A stretch of 64,000 nt of DNA from the NCBI GenBank assembly GCA_025786725.1, contig JAHLTZ010000015.1, forward strand, positions 62,001-126,000, written 5' to 3'. This document shows positions 16,450-29,810 of the stretch, in pieces. Below the pieces are notes generated by a model. That model was not told the DNA's origin, ran no database searches, and worked only from the letters and a program-made list of their open reading frames with translations. Source of the stretch: Syncephalis fuscata S228. Lineage: Eukaryota > Fungi > Zoopagomycota. The stretch's first letter is position 1. Each line of letters opens with the position of its first letter. Both the position numbers and the translations under genes were made by a program.

Positions 16450-19400
16450 TTAAACAAATGGAAGTGAATTAGTATCTAGACTGTTTTCATCATCTTCATC
16501 ATTACTATTATTACCATTATTACTATTAGTTGTATTTTGTCGTTCTTGTTGTTGTTGTTGTGTATGACGTCGATAACGATGCAATTCTATTAATTCATCA
16601 TTATCTATTTGATACTCTTGCGTAAATATTGGTGATCCTAATGAAGTAGATTTATAAGATAGCGGTAAAGTAGCACTTCGTGGTCGTATTCGCGATATAG
16701 CTGATGCTCTACGTCGAATTCGATGGCGCTGTCGTTGATTTAAATGACCTCTTGCTGCAATGTTCTCGCTATTCTACTTGACTCGTGGTCACTTTGATCG
16801 CTGTAACTATCATGCTCCTGTGGAGGCATCGTCTCTTTCATCACCGTGGGTATCGGGCTATGAATCTCTATTGGTTCAGTAGTGTTAGTGTTCGTGGTGG
16901 ATGGTCCTGAATTGGGCGGTGATGCCATCGATTCAAATGGAGATTGTGCCGATCGAGGTGAAGCCGGTGCCGATAAAGTACGAGCTCGCAAGAATGGCGA
17001 TACAGATACTTGTCCTGACATGGGTGTCCATGACATGGCTGTGTTGCCGGCAGCAGTCGGAAACCATACCGATACTGGTACATAAACAATACCGACCAAG
17101 ACTACAACGGCAAATATCAGCAATAACTGAACAAAGCCCATACGTTTCTCAAACATAATCTAATAATATGGTTATTTATAAAACACTGTAAATGTAGACT
17201 GCCATTTACCTCATCAGCTAAAACGTGAACTTTAATGTTTAACTGTTGTATTTCCTCTATTAGTTTGTCTGTTTGCGTTTGTTGTTTCTCTAAACGCTGA
17301 GCCAAATCTAATTCAACTCGATTTTTCTATTTTCTATTTAGTACGCCTACCACATATTAACTAGCTCTTAATGTACTTACTAGTGTTTCAAATTGGCCTT
17401 CTACCTGGCCAAATACTCGATTAAGTTCACGGCTTTGCTCTTCCAGATAGCGATGCGATAAGGTTAGATTCAATTCTAGCGCCGATAGTCGTTTAGTAAT
17501 GGTACGGAATATACTTTCTTGTGTTGTGGCTGTAGGTGCCGGTGGAATAACTGGAATGACTATTGGCGGTACCGATACTGGTGGTGTAGTTGGTGATTTG
17601 GCTGATACATAACTAGAAACAGTAGTAGAAGCTACATTTGACATATTACTATCTGTAGCTGACACACTGGCACTAGAGCTTGGAGATATCACTGTTTCGT
17701 CAATGGTCGCTGTTGTTGTTGGCTGTGTAGTCGTTGTAGTAGTAGTCGTTGCTATTGATGTCGTTTCTGCCACTACAGTTTCTGCTGTTGTTATTGGGCT
17801 GGTCGATTGATCTGTTTCTTTGCCATCAGTTATCGTTTTATCCTCTTGTGGCAAGGTAGCGTCCAGTGTTGTAGGTGTAATTTTAGCTTCAATAAAATGG
17901 CCAGTGTTGGTTTGACTTCAGAGTGATTTGTATGATTAGTATCCACTTCATTGACTGTTGCCGTCGTACTATTAGCTCTACTGGTGTCTCTTGCAATAAA
18001 GGATCTGTCGTATTGAATGCGTTGTTTTCCTTTTCTGTACTTGTTAAAACATTTGTTTTGACGTTATCAGCCGTTGATGCCTTGTTATTCTCTATCGATT
18101 CATTTAATTGTGTTGTCACTGTTGTCTCAACTTGTCCTGTAGAATCTATAGTGTTTTGTGCGCCATCTGGTAATCGATTGTTCTGTTGTTGTTGAGTATT
18201 TATAATCTGTGAATCTTTTATTAAATCAGCAATGGCCGATTCGGCCGCCTGTTCTTCTCGCCGATATTGCTCCATCATTGTAGGACCATATACTTTAATC
18301 ACGCTAACTGGACAATAATATTCGTTGCCATAATGTGATAAAAAGTCAATTCGAAGATAGCGTGTCCATATAATAGGATTCTCTATATGAAATGCCTATA
18401 CATCATGATAAATACAATATTTTTGTTTAGTCCATTTTAAATCTGATTACCTGAATATCTCGCGCATTACGTGCTTGATAATGACCCAATGTACGCCAAT
18501 TAGTATTACCACTACGTATATACTGATCAGTTACAGAAATACGGAAATCTTTAAACATTGAAGAGAAAAACTCATGATTGGCCAGCATTACTGTATCGAC
18601 AAGAATTTCATCGCATAGTTCGATAACGACAAACTTGCTAGCTGAACATCGATTAAGCATATACTAGCAGGTATAATAAGTAGATGTACTATGTATATAT
18701 ATAGTCATATAATCATCCTACCTGTTCTTTTGTATCAAATAAAATGGCTGTTGAACCTTTCGCTTCACTATTTGATGCTAGAACTGTCGCACCACAATCA
18801 AATGATGCGTAATTGGACTGATCCCGCATATCTTTCATATCAATCGGTGGTGTAGGTACAGGTACACCCACATTTGTGGAGGTGGCTATTACTAATTCTC
18901 CTGTTGCATCCGTTTCTTGTAATGGTGTTGTAGTTGATGCATCATCAATTGATGACGTGTTTAATGATGTAGACTGTTCATTATTTTCATTATTGCCATT
19001 ATGAATTTGATCCGATACTGATGTTACTGTTGGATGAGCTTGACGGGATCCAGCATTACGTCGACTTGCCGCCATATGATCAAGGCGTTCATCGGCATCC
19101 AAGAGATACGCGCTATCTTCTCCGTATCCATCATAGTCTTCATTAGCCAATCTATTATGACGATCATTGGTTGTATCTTTTTGTTCTTTTGGCGGTAGTG
19201 GATTATTTTTAGCTAAAGGAAGCTGTAGATTGTGTTTTAATACGGCATCCCGCCAATCTTCAAATGAAGGAAAATGTGCCCGATCTGGTGTAGCTGTCGC
19301 AGCAATATCAGGTGCTGCATCACTTTGCACAACTACTGGTGATGCTATCATTATTGTAGTAGCTGCTGCCGTCTCTACTACCATCGTTGTTGTTGTTGTT

Positions 19401-19684
19401 GTTACTGTTGCTATCATTGCCGGTGTTGGTAAAGGCGTATCTATAGTGTTTGTAGCCATAGTTGTACTCGCTATTGTTTCAATAGGTGCGGCCACTATTG
19501 AGGGTGGCATAATAGTTGAAGTATTGGCTGGACAGTTAAATAAACACTCTAGAGCCCATTGTGTGACACCGCCACTATCGCGACATACGTAGCGGCCATA
19601 GGACATATTCGTCCTGGCAAATACAAGTAGTAGACGGGAAACTACATAAAGAGCAGCGCGTGCTGCTTGAGGCGATAGATGCAT
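16450..19684 (-). CDS. SLP1: Mid-SUN domain ER membrane protein (Slp1/SUCO-like); several apparent frameshifts
   Basis: FPSFEDW, NYASFDCGATVL, YMLNRC..KFVVIELCDEILVDTVMLANHEFFSSMFKDF, HYGNEYYCPVS, QESIFRTITKRLSALELNLTLS and a C-terminal TM helix. The end coordinate assumes correction of a frameshift near 16760. Confidence 0.88.
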
Positions 19685-20083
19685 AATAACCGGTCTAGAT
19701 TCACCCACTCACAATATACGCACGTGTATATCAATGACTATCGAATAAACAAACATACGCGTGGCTTCTAATAGCGTGTAGCTTATAAAAGCATAGAGTT
19801 AAAAGCGAAAGAGCGAAAGAGCGACCGTTCGTATAAGGTGGTAAAAACAGTAATAGTGGCGGTAATAAAGGTAAAAAGAAGAAGCGGTCGAGCAAGTAAC
19901 ACTTTTCTACACACCGCTTTGACATCTGTCGCGCATGTTACTCGAGTAACTTGTTTTTGACTTGACGTTTAGTATCAGTTTGACCGTTCAAGTAGCGCTT
20001 GATTCCTTTGGGCCCACTTGGTAACTGTCTTTCTAGGCGTACGTTTAGTTTATATGAACAATCATTGACGACTACAGCCAAGT

Positions 20084-20563
20084 ATGGACCATAAACATTC
20101 AACTACCAAACCGTCGACTGCACGCCAAAAATCATCTAATAGCAAGGCGGCCATACAGATTGATTCAGACGAGGATTCAGTAGAACCATTAGAAATAAGT
20201 CGCAGTACAACAAGGTCGTTAACTTTGGTAAGAAACCCGTTGATGTATATAATACAATAGTAAGTGTATATTAACACTTGGCTATTAAAGAAAGCAACAA
20301 AACCTTTAACCCAAGATAATGGACATTTGCAAAAGTTGATGCCTAATATGACCAGGTATATACATAAATATATATATATATATATGGATACATAATGATA
20401 TAACATGCTATAATACTTGTACATAATAGAAATAATAACTTATCTGATCGACTTTCAAGACCGGCTGTGCCTATTTCATTACCAACCAATCCAACACCTA
20501 TTTCAAGTCCACCAGTCATCAGACATACTGTAAGTAGCTATTTAATGACATTAATTAATAGAC

Positions 20564-20595
<32 letters not shown>

Positions 20596-23419
20596 TATAT
20601 GTGTGTGTAATATTAGCGCACTAGAATGAGTTGGCCATATCAACCACGCAATACATTGAATTCAAAGCGCCGTTCACAGGATAATAGTTCTAAAAGTATA
20701 CCAAGTAATCGTAAGTATCGTAATACGTATCAGTTATATAGATTTTAATAAGTACTCAGTTGTTTTTACAGCCTCAGTAAAACGAGTAAAGAAACCAGCT
20801 ACTAAGCGTAATATTACTCTAGAACAGTATTTAATTAATGAAGATGCATCACCAGCAGAAGTTATTGGTATGGTTGATAGAAAGAACAATAGTGTGCCTA
20901 TAGTTGAAGTGCCCGTTACTACTAGAAGTAGCCATTTAAATAGTTCTATGCTTATTCAGCAAGTAACAACATCGCCACTATCTGTTAATACTAATAATAA
21001 TAACAACAACAACAATACAACATCTAAACCAATATCCATTAACTTAACATCACCATCAATAGAATCCAGCTCATTACCAATTATTTCTGAGTATTTATCA
21101 AGTGATGAAGATACGACTATTCAAAATGAAACAACTAGAATCAACGATGGCAGTGTTATCTATGATAATAATATTGATATTGATACCGATTCTATTAATG
21201 TAAGTAGATCTATAGCTAAATATTAATAGATCTATAGTTATTAATTAAGCCGTATATATATATATATTTGTGTGTGTATACTAATGTTAATGGCTATAGA
21301 ATAAGTTAAAAGAATCAGTACAAGCAAGTATTTTTATTCCACTATCTTCATTGTTTATTGGACGACATGAAATAGCAACTGGCAGTCTATCATTAGAAGT
21401 AACACCTAAATGTCGATTGATATTACATACAGAAAGTGAAGGAGTAATTCATATTCGACAAAGACATATTAAATATATACAGGTAATTCATACTAATAAT
21501 AATAATAATAATAATAAGATTAGGATTATATTAATATAATACAATATAGTCGTATATGTTGCAAACACCATTTATATTACGAATTAGCACTACTCAACAA
21601 CTAGATAATCCCAAATATGCAAAAGATTATCGACCTTGTAAGTATATACATATATATATATATACTATATATATACACTATATATTAACTAATGAATGTT
21701 TAGTTGTTCGTTCTTGCTTATCAAGTTGGATTGTTTGTATAATGGATTCTATAAAAGAAGAGCTATGTAATGTTATACATCGATTAGATCCTGAAGGGGA
21801 AAAGCACTCATCTATATCGTATGTAATCTGTAATAATTAATTAATTAATAATATTAAATATTATTAATAATAATAGACAACAAGATTGGAGAGAAATGAT
21901 AGGAGAACTTACATTTAACACTACAAGGTATAGTAATAACTAATAATAACTATTATTAATAACTATGGAATAGTGAATCCACATCTAATATAACAGAAAT
22001 GCCATCAACACCAGTGGAAAGCACAACACATCATGTAACATCACCAGTTTTACTACTTCCATCATCTCCAACAGGACAACAATCTCCTTCGATAGCTTCA
22101 TCGTTGGCATCTTCACCATCTTCACCATCCTCGCCCTCTCCTCCTTCTATATCTTCATCGCCATTACCTCCAATAAGGTAAGAGAATGACTATTTACTTA
22201 TTAGACATTAATACTGTTGTGTTATTAGCTCATTTGTATATCCATTTAATGGAATTAAAGCAATGGAAATCAACAATAATGATTATCAGAGATTAAGGGA
22301 AGGTGAATTTATTAATGATACAATCATTGATTTCTATTTAAAGTAAGTAGCAATTAACTAATAGTTATAAATAGTTACAAATATTATAAATAGATATCAT
22401 TTGGATACGATGGAGGATATAAATCCACAGTTACTAAAACAAACCCACATATTTAATACGTTCTTTTATCATAAGTTAACTCAACGGTATGATGGCGACA
22501 AAAGGTAAGTAATATGGTATATATATATATATATATACTGAATTGATACAATCAACTAAATGAGTAAATAGTGATGGATATAAAAATGTACGGCCATGGA
22601 CTAGTAAAGTGGATTTATTTTCAAAACGTTTTATATTTGTTCCAATTAATGAAAAGTAAGTATATTTATTAATGACTATTTGATTTAACATGTATTATAT
22701 TATTACTATGTTATTCTAATAGTCTACATTGGTATCTTGCATTGATTGGTAATCTTGATGAGTGGATAAAACAATTGATGCCTGATAACCCGGATCAAGA
22801 CAATCCAACCTTGGATACATTAATGGAAACAAGTACTGGTCCAGTAACACGATCAAGTACTTTAGATACCTATAAGACGTAAATATACATGACTATCGTT
22901 ATTATTAATAATCGTTACTAATACTAGCTATCTAGTCCATTTATTGCTATATTTGATTCATTAGGAAAGACATGCTATCAAACGGTATTAAAACACTGCG
23001 TGATTATATTGGTGCAGCAGCAGCCGATAAACTTGGTATCACTGATTTAGATACTAAAAAGATGCTTGGTCGATATGCCAAGGTAGATAATGGTTGTTGT
23101 TACTTAATCAATTAATTAACCAATTATTACTTAGGTACCTGTTCAAGGCAATTATTATGATTGTGGTATCTTTCTTTTATCCTATGCTGTACGCTATCTT
23201 GAAGACCCAAATCTACTTACTTACCACTTATTGGTATGTATTAACACTATTACAAGTGATTGATGATTAATTAATAAGTAATTATGGCCAATTTAGCATA
23301 AGACGGATACCAATGAACTATGGTTTAATCCGCAAGAAGCGAGCAACCATCGCGTTATTCTACGCCAAACAATTGCTCATTTATCACGCGAATATATAGA
23401 ATATAAGAAACAAGTATAG
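20084..23419 (+). CDS. ULP2: Ulp2/SENP6-7-like SUMO protease (peptidase C48), many exons
   Basis: YPF...DYQRLREGEFINDTIIDFYLK, HIFNTFFYHKL, WTSKVDLFSKRFIFVPINE, catalytic HW, FDSLG and QGNYYDCG. The start codon is tentative. Confidence 0.85.
20564..20593. repeat. (TAA)n microsatellite in an intron
   Basis: About 10 consecutive TAA units. Confidence 0.85.
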
Positions 23420-23527
23420 CATGTGTACACTAGTAGTATAAAAGATAGCATTTCTTTGAGGAAAAAAGACGAGTACTGTCTAATCGTTCTCGACATCTTC
23501 ATTTCATATTTGTAACCAATTCGCCGA

Positions 23528-25435
23528 TTACCATACTGTGTGATATTCCTGCTTTGATTTACTCTTGCGGAATTCGGCAGTCTCTGGTGGTGCCATTTCG
23601 TAGTAGATGGCACTGCGGTAATTACGGACAAATTGCAGCGCCGCATCTTCCAATCGAGTGGGCTCCACGTATAAATCGGCAAAAGTCAGGGCCGAGGCGG
23701 TTGGTTTATCATCGATGTATAACTAAATAGCAACAACAATAATAAATAAATAAATAAAGTTATAGTTTAAATGGTCATTTCTACGTACTCGAGTAACTTC
23801 ATCTGCTGACATCATAGGCCAAGGTAGTTTTTCTTGTAGACGTGCTATGAATCTGTAAAAGAATGTAATCGTATAAGTATCTATGTAATGAATTGCTTGA
23901 GTAGATCTTACAGCGCAAGTGGTTTCGATAGACGTAGACGAGATCGACGCTCCAACAATAAGCTGTATACAAGTTCTTCAACTTGACCATATGTAAACTC
24001 ATCAGGACTATATTGTCAATGACATCAGTATTGGATATCTATTAGATTGATGTTGATTGCAGTACAATCATCATTACTTACCCGTATAGCTCATAAAGGT
24101 TACCCATGGTAGATTCGGCCTTTAGCATAACCTCCAAAGCAAGAGCAACATCCATTACCTAATTAATTTAAAATATATAATAGCACTTATTATTAATAAA
24201 AAAATCTGTAATAGTTAATGTACAATTCTTCTTACATTAACAGGACGAATCCTTTGATTTGAATTATGAACAAAAATACGGTTACCACGTCCTTCACCTA
24301 ATTATGGAATTAATAGCGGTTACAATATATCCATCTAATATTATTATTGCTATTACTTACGAGCAATAATGTTCAACAAGCGATCTTCATGGCCATACAT
24401 AGTAGCAGGACGGACAACTGTAGCTTCTGGATAAATACTTTTTACTATCTTTTCACCTGCCGCCTACAGTACATTAGCTACAAATATGTGGATTAGTATC
24501 AATTATCTACCTTGGATCGAAGAAAGTCTGACTCAGACTTGTCATTGGCATTAAGCGCGGATACATGAACAAGTCGAGGTACTTCATTTTCAGCACATGC
24601 TTCAGCGATGGCTCCTGCTCCATGTACATGGACTTTATCAAATGAAAAGTTCCTAATTAATGCAAATATAGAGATATATTCGTCAATAGTACAAAAACGA
24701 TTGCTATTCTACCTACTTTGTTTCATAGTCGCGTCCAATTAAGTTGTAGACAATATCCGAATGGCGAACACATTCAGCAATTGATTCTTGGTTACGCAAA
24801 TCAAATCGCTAATCAATAAATTAGTAAGAAATGTATTCTTTTATTATCATTTGCTTAGAGTATTTTTGTGGCAATAAATATACAAATTTACGCGCATATA
24901 TCCTAACTTACCAATGGCACAACTTGACCAAGATCACCTGTCACTCGAAGATGACGAATCTCGTCGTATTCACCACGATATGGAACAATTACCTGCGTAC
25001 CCTTGCGTGCTAAACATTACAATAGCCGCGTTAGAATAGATTCGACTAATTACTATCTATTATCTTACCAAGTTTACTGACCAAGTAGCGACCAAGAAAG
25101 CCGGTACAGCCAAATACCGTAGCCACATTACCGCTCACTGAACTACGACCACCCGTACCTGCACCCACTACGACTTTACCGGTGTTATGACGGATTGAGA
25201 GATCGTGGGCAAAGCGCTAAGAATCAACGAGATCAGCTTTGTGAAGAAGTGGTCTTATTGTTGTTGTTGCTCTATGTAGATTGCCGGTCGCGCGTCTTAC
25301 CTTGCTACCCGCGAACACAGCAGCCACGCGGTGTTTTGGCGTGGTAACTCCTAAAGGACAGCAGTCGGTCAGTAGGCTATCGCCAATAATGTCAAAGCGT
25401 CTTTTACCTCGCCAGCAAAGTTGGATAGTAGCCAT
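23528..25435 (-). CDS. NDUFA9: NADH:ubiquinone oxidoreductase 39/40-kDa subunit (NDUFA9/NUEM)
   Basis: [54 protein letters not shown] and [17 protein letters not shown]. Confidence 0.95.
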
Positions 25436-25813
25436 TTTAGCAGCGAAAACTATTGTGTAGCACTAATGGAATAGTGTAAAAAGGGGATGAGGAGAAAGAA
25501 CTGGTGGATCAAATAGAATCAACAGTTAAAGCGATAATACACTGTTTGCTATTATCAATGTGTGGCTTGAGTAGCATCCAGATTTATTTGGTTAATGTAG
25601 AGTTAAAATTACTTGCGATATGTTAATTAGCTGTAATAAAGACCATCAGAGTATCGTGTAATAGATCTATTAAAAAAGTATAAATAATACTAATGCATCA
25701 ATGACAATATACACAATAGTAATAGATTGTATTCAAAGGCTTAACGTTCCACTGCAATAAGTCGCGTATAGCTTTTTGTTCCAAAGTTCTTTCTGTTTTC
25801 AATTAAATACAGG

Positions 25814-27346
25814 ATGCTAACATATACGTTAAAATCTAGCTTTATTACGCTTCCACTTGAGATCTATCGTGAATTGGCCAAATTTCTTGATGGTCCCGAT
25901 CTTGTTGAGCTGCTTTTTACACATAAGCGAATAGGATATTTTCTTATACGATCAACCAAGCAATGGCAAGTGTTATATCAGTGCCGATTTCTCTTACAAG
26001 ATCCCAAGGAGCGCGACTGGCTGCGCTGGTTTATTGGTGGTCGTCGTGGACCCGATGGTCTAGTGGTTCATTGGGGTCATGCCTACGTTTTGCGTTGGCA
26101 AACTGAACAAAATTTGCAACAAGGACGCTACATCAATTATTCGATATTACTGCCCGACAACAATGAGCTGTCGGATGTCGTGTTGTCGGCCGATCATCAA
26201 ATGGTAGTCGATACCTGGACTACAAAGTCGGAAATGCTAATAACCTTTTATCCACCTGCATTTTCCGAATCAAGTCTTTATTTCTCGCCGGTAACATCGG
26301 CCAGAATTGATCGATTTGATTATTCGCGTTTTAATTATTTGGAAGGTAGTGACTTTCAACTAAGTGATTATTATTTGGTCGCTTTTGAAAATCTTAATCG
26401 TCAAACTTTGTATGCCCATCCGTTGAGACGAGGTGTGCCATTCCAAGTAGAGTGTGGATTTAATGAAATTAAAAGCAATCAAGTGGGTTGCTTTTATGAT
26501 CAATTGCAATCTTGCATCTAACTTTTGTATTTGAATTATTGACTAGAATGACAATCTTGATTCTGAAGACATTAGTATGACCATTGGTGTAAATCTATCT
26601 ACTGGCAATCATATGGATATTGGGACGCATTGGAGCTTGATCATTATGTTGGATAATCGATCCAATTCCTATATCAATCGTATGTATCATATGGCATCAC
26701 GCCGTTGGTGTAACGGAGAGACAACAACGCCCGGCAAGCGTATAGGCTTTTGGGGTGCAGCAGTATGGCGAGAAACTCTATATCGGTGACAATAGCCCAG
26801 TTGGCGATAAATCAATCGAATCAGGAAACGGACAAGATTTTAATACAATTATGGGCCTTTTCATTAGCGGCTCCAATAGCACAATGTAGGCACTCCAACT
26901 TGTTTTCTGTTAGTGATGATATTCAAACAGACGAGAAATTTGATGTATCAATTACCTTATTGCACAGCGACTGGCTGTTAATAAGTGCCGTAATTACAGC
27001 AATATCATGTACCGTGGAGATATTCTACAAGCCAGTTATTAACGATACTATGCCTACTTCATTCTCAACTACCACCAGTGACCTGTCTAGTGGCAATAGC
27101 TGGCGTATCAGGCGTGACGGACTACGTAGTTCTGCTCCGTTTATGATTGGCACGGATAAAGTTGGAATACAAAAGAATAGCAGCAACATTTCTATCCATT
27201 TGCTTCAAGATGGGGCACTTTTATGGAATTGCCCAGTCAGTACTGGCATGTATTCGCCTCTTCTTAGTAATATTTTATTAACTAGAAGCAATAATATAAC
27301 TCAATTTACAGATATTAATCAGCGCCGGAACTGGATACAAAGTTAG
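25814..27346 (+). CDS. F-box-like protein with lineage-specific C-terminal region; one intron and an apparent frameshift near 26770
   Basis: N-terminal FITLPLEIYRELAKFLDGPDLVELLFTHK...WQVLY..RF fits an F-box. The remainder is Trp- and beta-strand-rich and unrecognised. Confidence 0.6.
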
Positions 27347-28264
27347 ATATTAGCAATCCAAGCGGTGCAGGAAGATATATAGCTAGTTATGTTACCGAAA
27401 CTAATAGTATCAATATATATGACTTTTCGCATTATAGTTTACAATAAATATAACAAGTTTTAATTGTTTACATCCAAAGTGCCCAGTTATTACATGTTAT
27501 AATGATTACAATAACCAAATCATTTGTGGATTAATGGCATCATGGATTGATATGGCATGCATTGCAGCAGCGCATTCAAAACCAATGATATCTGAGTGAG
27601 ATGACTTGATGGATGCTGCTCAACCTCAGTAGATTATGTGCAACGGCCAATAATGCTATTTTTCGATTCCACCGTTTATTATCAAAATGTTACTATTCAG
27701 CATGTAATAATTAATGTCAGTAATTGGTTGTTAAAAATAAAATCTATATCAACAGTTGATAGTGCAGTATGAAAATCAAATGCTAATTCATGTAGCCAAC
27801 CCATGATGCCCAATTGATGCATGTACGAACCAATCAATATATTTTTGTAATTCTAAGGAATGGCAATCTGTTTATACGCAACAGCAAGTCATTGTGAAAA
27901 GTAAAAATTCAATGTATTAATGTCGTTATATGGTAGGATGCACTGTCTAAAGAGAGCAAATGAGACTAGTTTGCAAACTATCATTAATAATTGTAATCAT
28001 TTGTAAAGTTAAGAGATGGAGGCATAAATTTATTACTACAAGTTTGTATAGTTGCATAAAACAACTAGCTGCAACCCTGTTGATAAAATAATGATTCCAT
28101 TAATTAAAGAGTGGATAAACCGGAGCATTGGCTATAACTTGATATATAGATAGACTGAACGGTGTAGTTGTCAAATAATCTTGCTTTTTACCGAATATAT
28201 ACCTAAAGTGTATTGGACTAGCGATCTAATTGTGCCACCAATGCCAATTTCTTGAAATCATCGA

Positions 28265-28486
28265 TTATTTTGGATGACAAAATACACTACAAGAACTTTC
28301 ACATGTACTCTTTTGTTCTTCTCTACATTCAGCAGGCTTATTACGACATTGGCTGTTTAAGCATCTTTTAATGCATCGCTTTTCACATATATCACGACGG
28401 ACTAGAGCTGGTTTAGCATCCACTATGGCTGCAGTGGCCACAAGCGCCACGAGGATGGTGCAAACGACGGCAATAGAAAGCTTCAT
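28265..28486 (-). CDS. Small secreted cysteine-rich peptide (signal peptide + RR propeptide site + 42-aa, 8-Cys mature peptide)
   Basis: MKLSIAVVCTILVALVATAAIVDA-KPALVRR-DICEKRCIKRCLNSQCRNKPAECREEQKSTCESSCSVFCHPK; intronless. Confidence 0.85.
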   Translation of the reverse strand: MKLSIAVVCTILVALVATAAIVDAKPALVRRDICEKRCIKRCLNSQCRNKPAECREEQKSTCESSCSVFCHPK

Positions 28487-29159
28487 AGTGATATTGATTT
28501 GTTAAGACAAACAGATAAAATAGACAATAGAGTGTGGTAATATAAAGTGGATAGTAGTAAGTATTTGGCAAAAAATAGAGAGAGAGAGGTGGTTGTAAAG
28601 TGAAGAGATACAGCTTGTTCTCTCAATTAATTACTTTTGCTTTTATACAGTTTTTTCAAGACTTATTTAACAGCAGTGCAGTATTTTTGGATATACGCTG
28701 TTTGGGATACATGCAGATATTGAGGGTTGAGGCTGCTAGGAAAATCAACATCAAAGACATAGCTTCATGCCATCACAACTTCTGTAGACGCCAATAGACT
28801 GTTGTGCTGTGTGTTCGAGTTGTGTAAAATATAATAAACTTGAAAGCAAAAACGCAGCGATGCATCAACACTACTTTTTAAAAACCAATAGATTATATTT
28901 GCGTCGTATAGGCGAGTTGTGTCACAATAAAATACGAACTAATAGGTGCATTTTTAACACATATACTAATTAAGACTGTCATCTCATCTATGTAAATGCT
29001 CAGCAGATTGAAATAAAGGCTTGGCTGCACAACACCATATCATCGATGTGTTGGTATACGTATGCCTCAAGACATTATATGGATGTGTTGCTATTGGTTT
29101 ACATTACACCTCAATTCTATAGACCATGCAATAGGCACGACTAACCAACATTAGCGCCA

Positions 29160-29810
29160 TCGCACTCTACTTTTATCAAGTACTTTCTACCATCTACTCT
29201 ATGTTACCACTTTTACTGTTTATTTTACATGCTTGTTCTAACAATTCACTCTCATTATAAAGTTTTCTATTGCCGTTGTAGCATTTGTAGCCAGTGCAAA
29301 CATGATGGATGCTATGTTTAATTAAGTCTGTCGTGGTATATTGCAACTAAAGCAATCAGTTAATCGGCTAATTAAACACTGTTTATTTAATAATTTATGC
29401 TGATGGGCTGTAAGCTTCATTTTAGATTGATTAACTATGAGTTAAACATAGATCATATATTGTTTATGCTTAACAATATGTACCAATAGCCCGTAAGCGG
29501 CATTGTATATTAGTTAATCTACGCTAAACCTATGCCATGTAACGGGGGTGCTTAATAATCTGTATTGATAGCTGATGAGTACATTGTATATTATTACTTT
29601 ATACACTAATTATATGGCATGCGTTGCATGCGTTTTAAACATAATCAGATTCATCAAAAAACATTAGCATTGGTATTGTAACTGTATTTGCTAGCTCAAT
29701 ACACTTTAGACATACATTCGGTAAAGGGCAAAACCATTTCATCACTACCATTCAGTCTATTTATATTAAGTCTCGATCAATGCTCAGTTTAATCAACTTT
29801 AATCAATGGA
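29160..29810 (+). pseudogene. Decayed inverted paralog of the secreted Cys-rich peptide gene
   Basis: 29253 cattataaagttttctattgccgttgt aligns with the gene start cactatgaagctttctattgccgtcgt. ATG is changed to ATA (29257), there is a 15-nt in-frame deletion and a TAA at 29323. 29663-29810 aligns with the reverse complement of the gene's 3' flank (about 28100-28250). Confidence 0.8.

Noticed and set aside
19167-19592. Hydrophobic Val-rich + strand ORF
   Set aside because: Antisense to the Thr-rich region of the SUN-domain gene.
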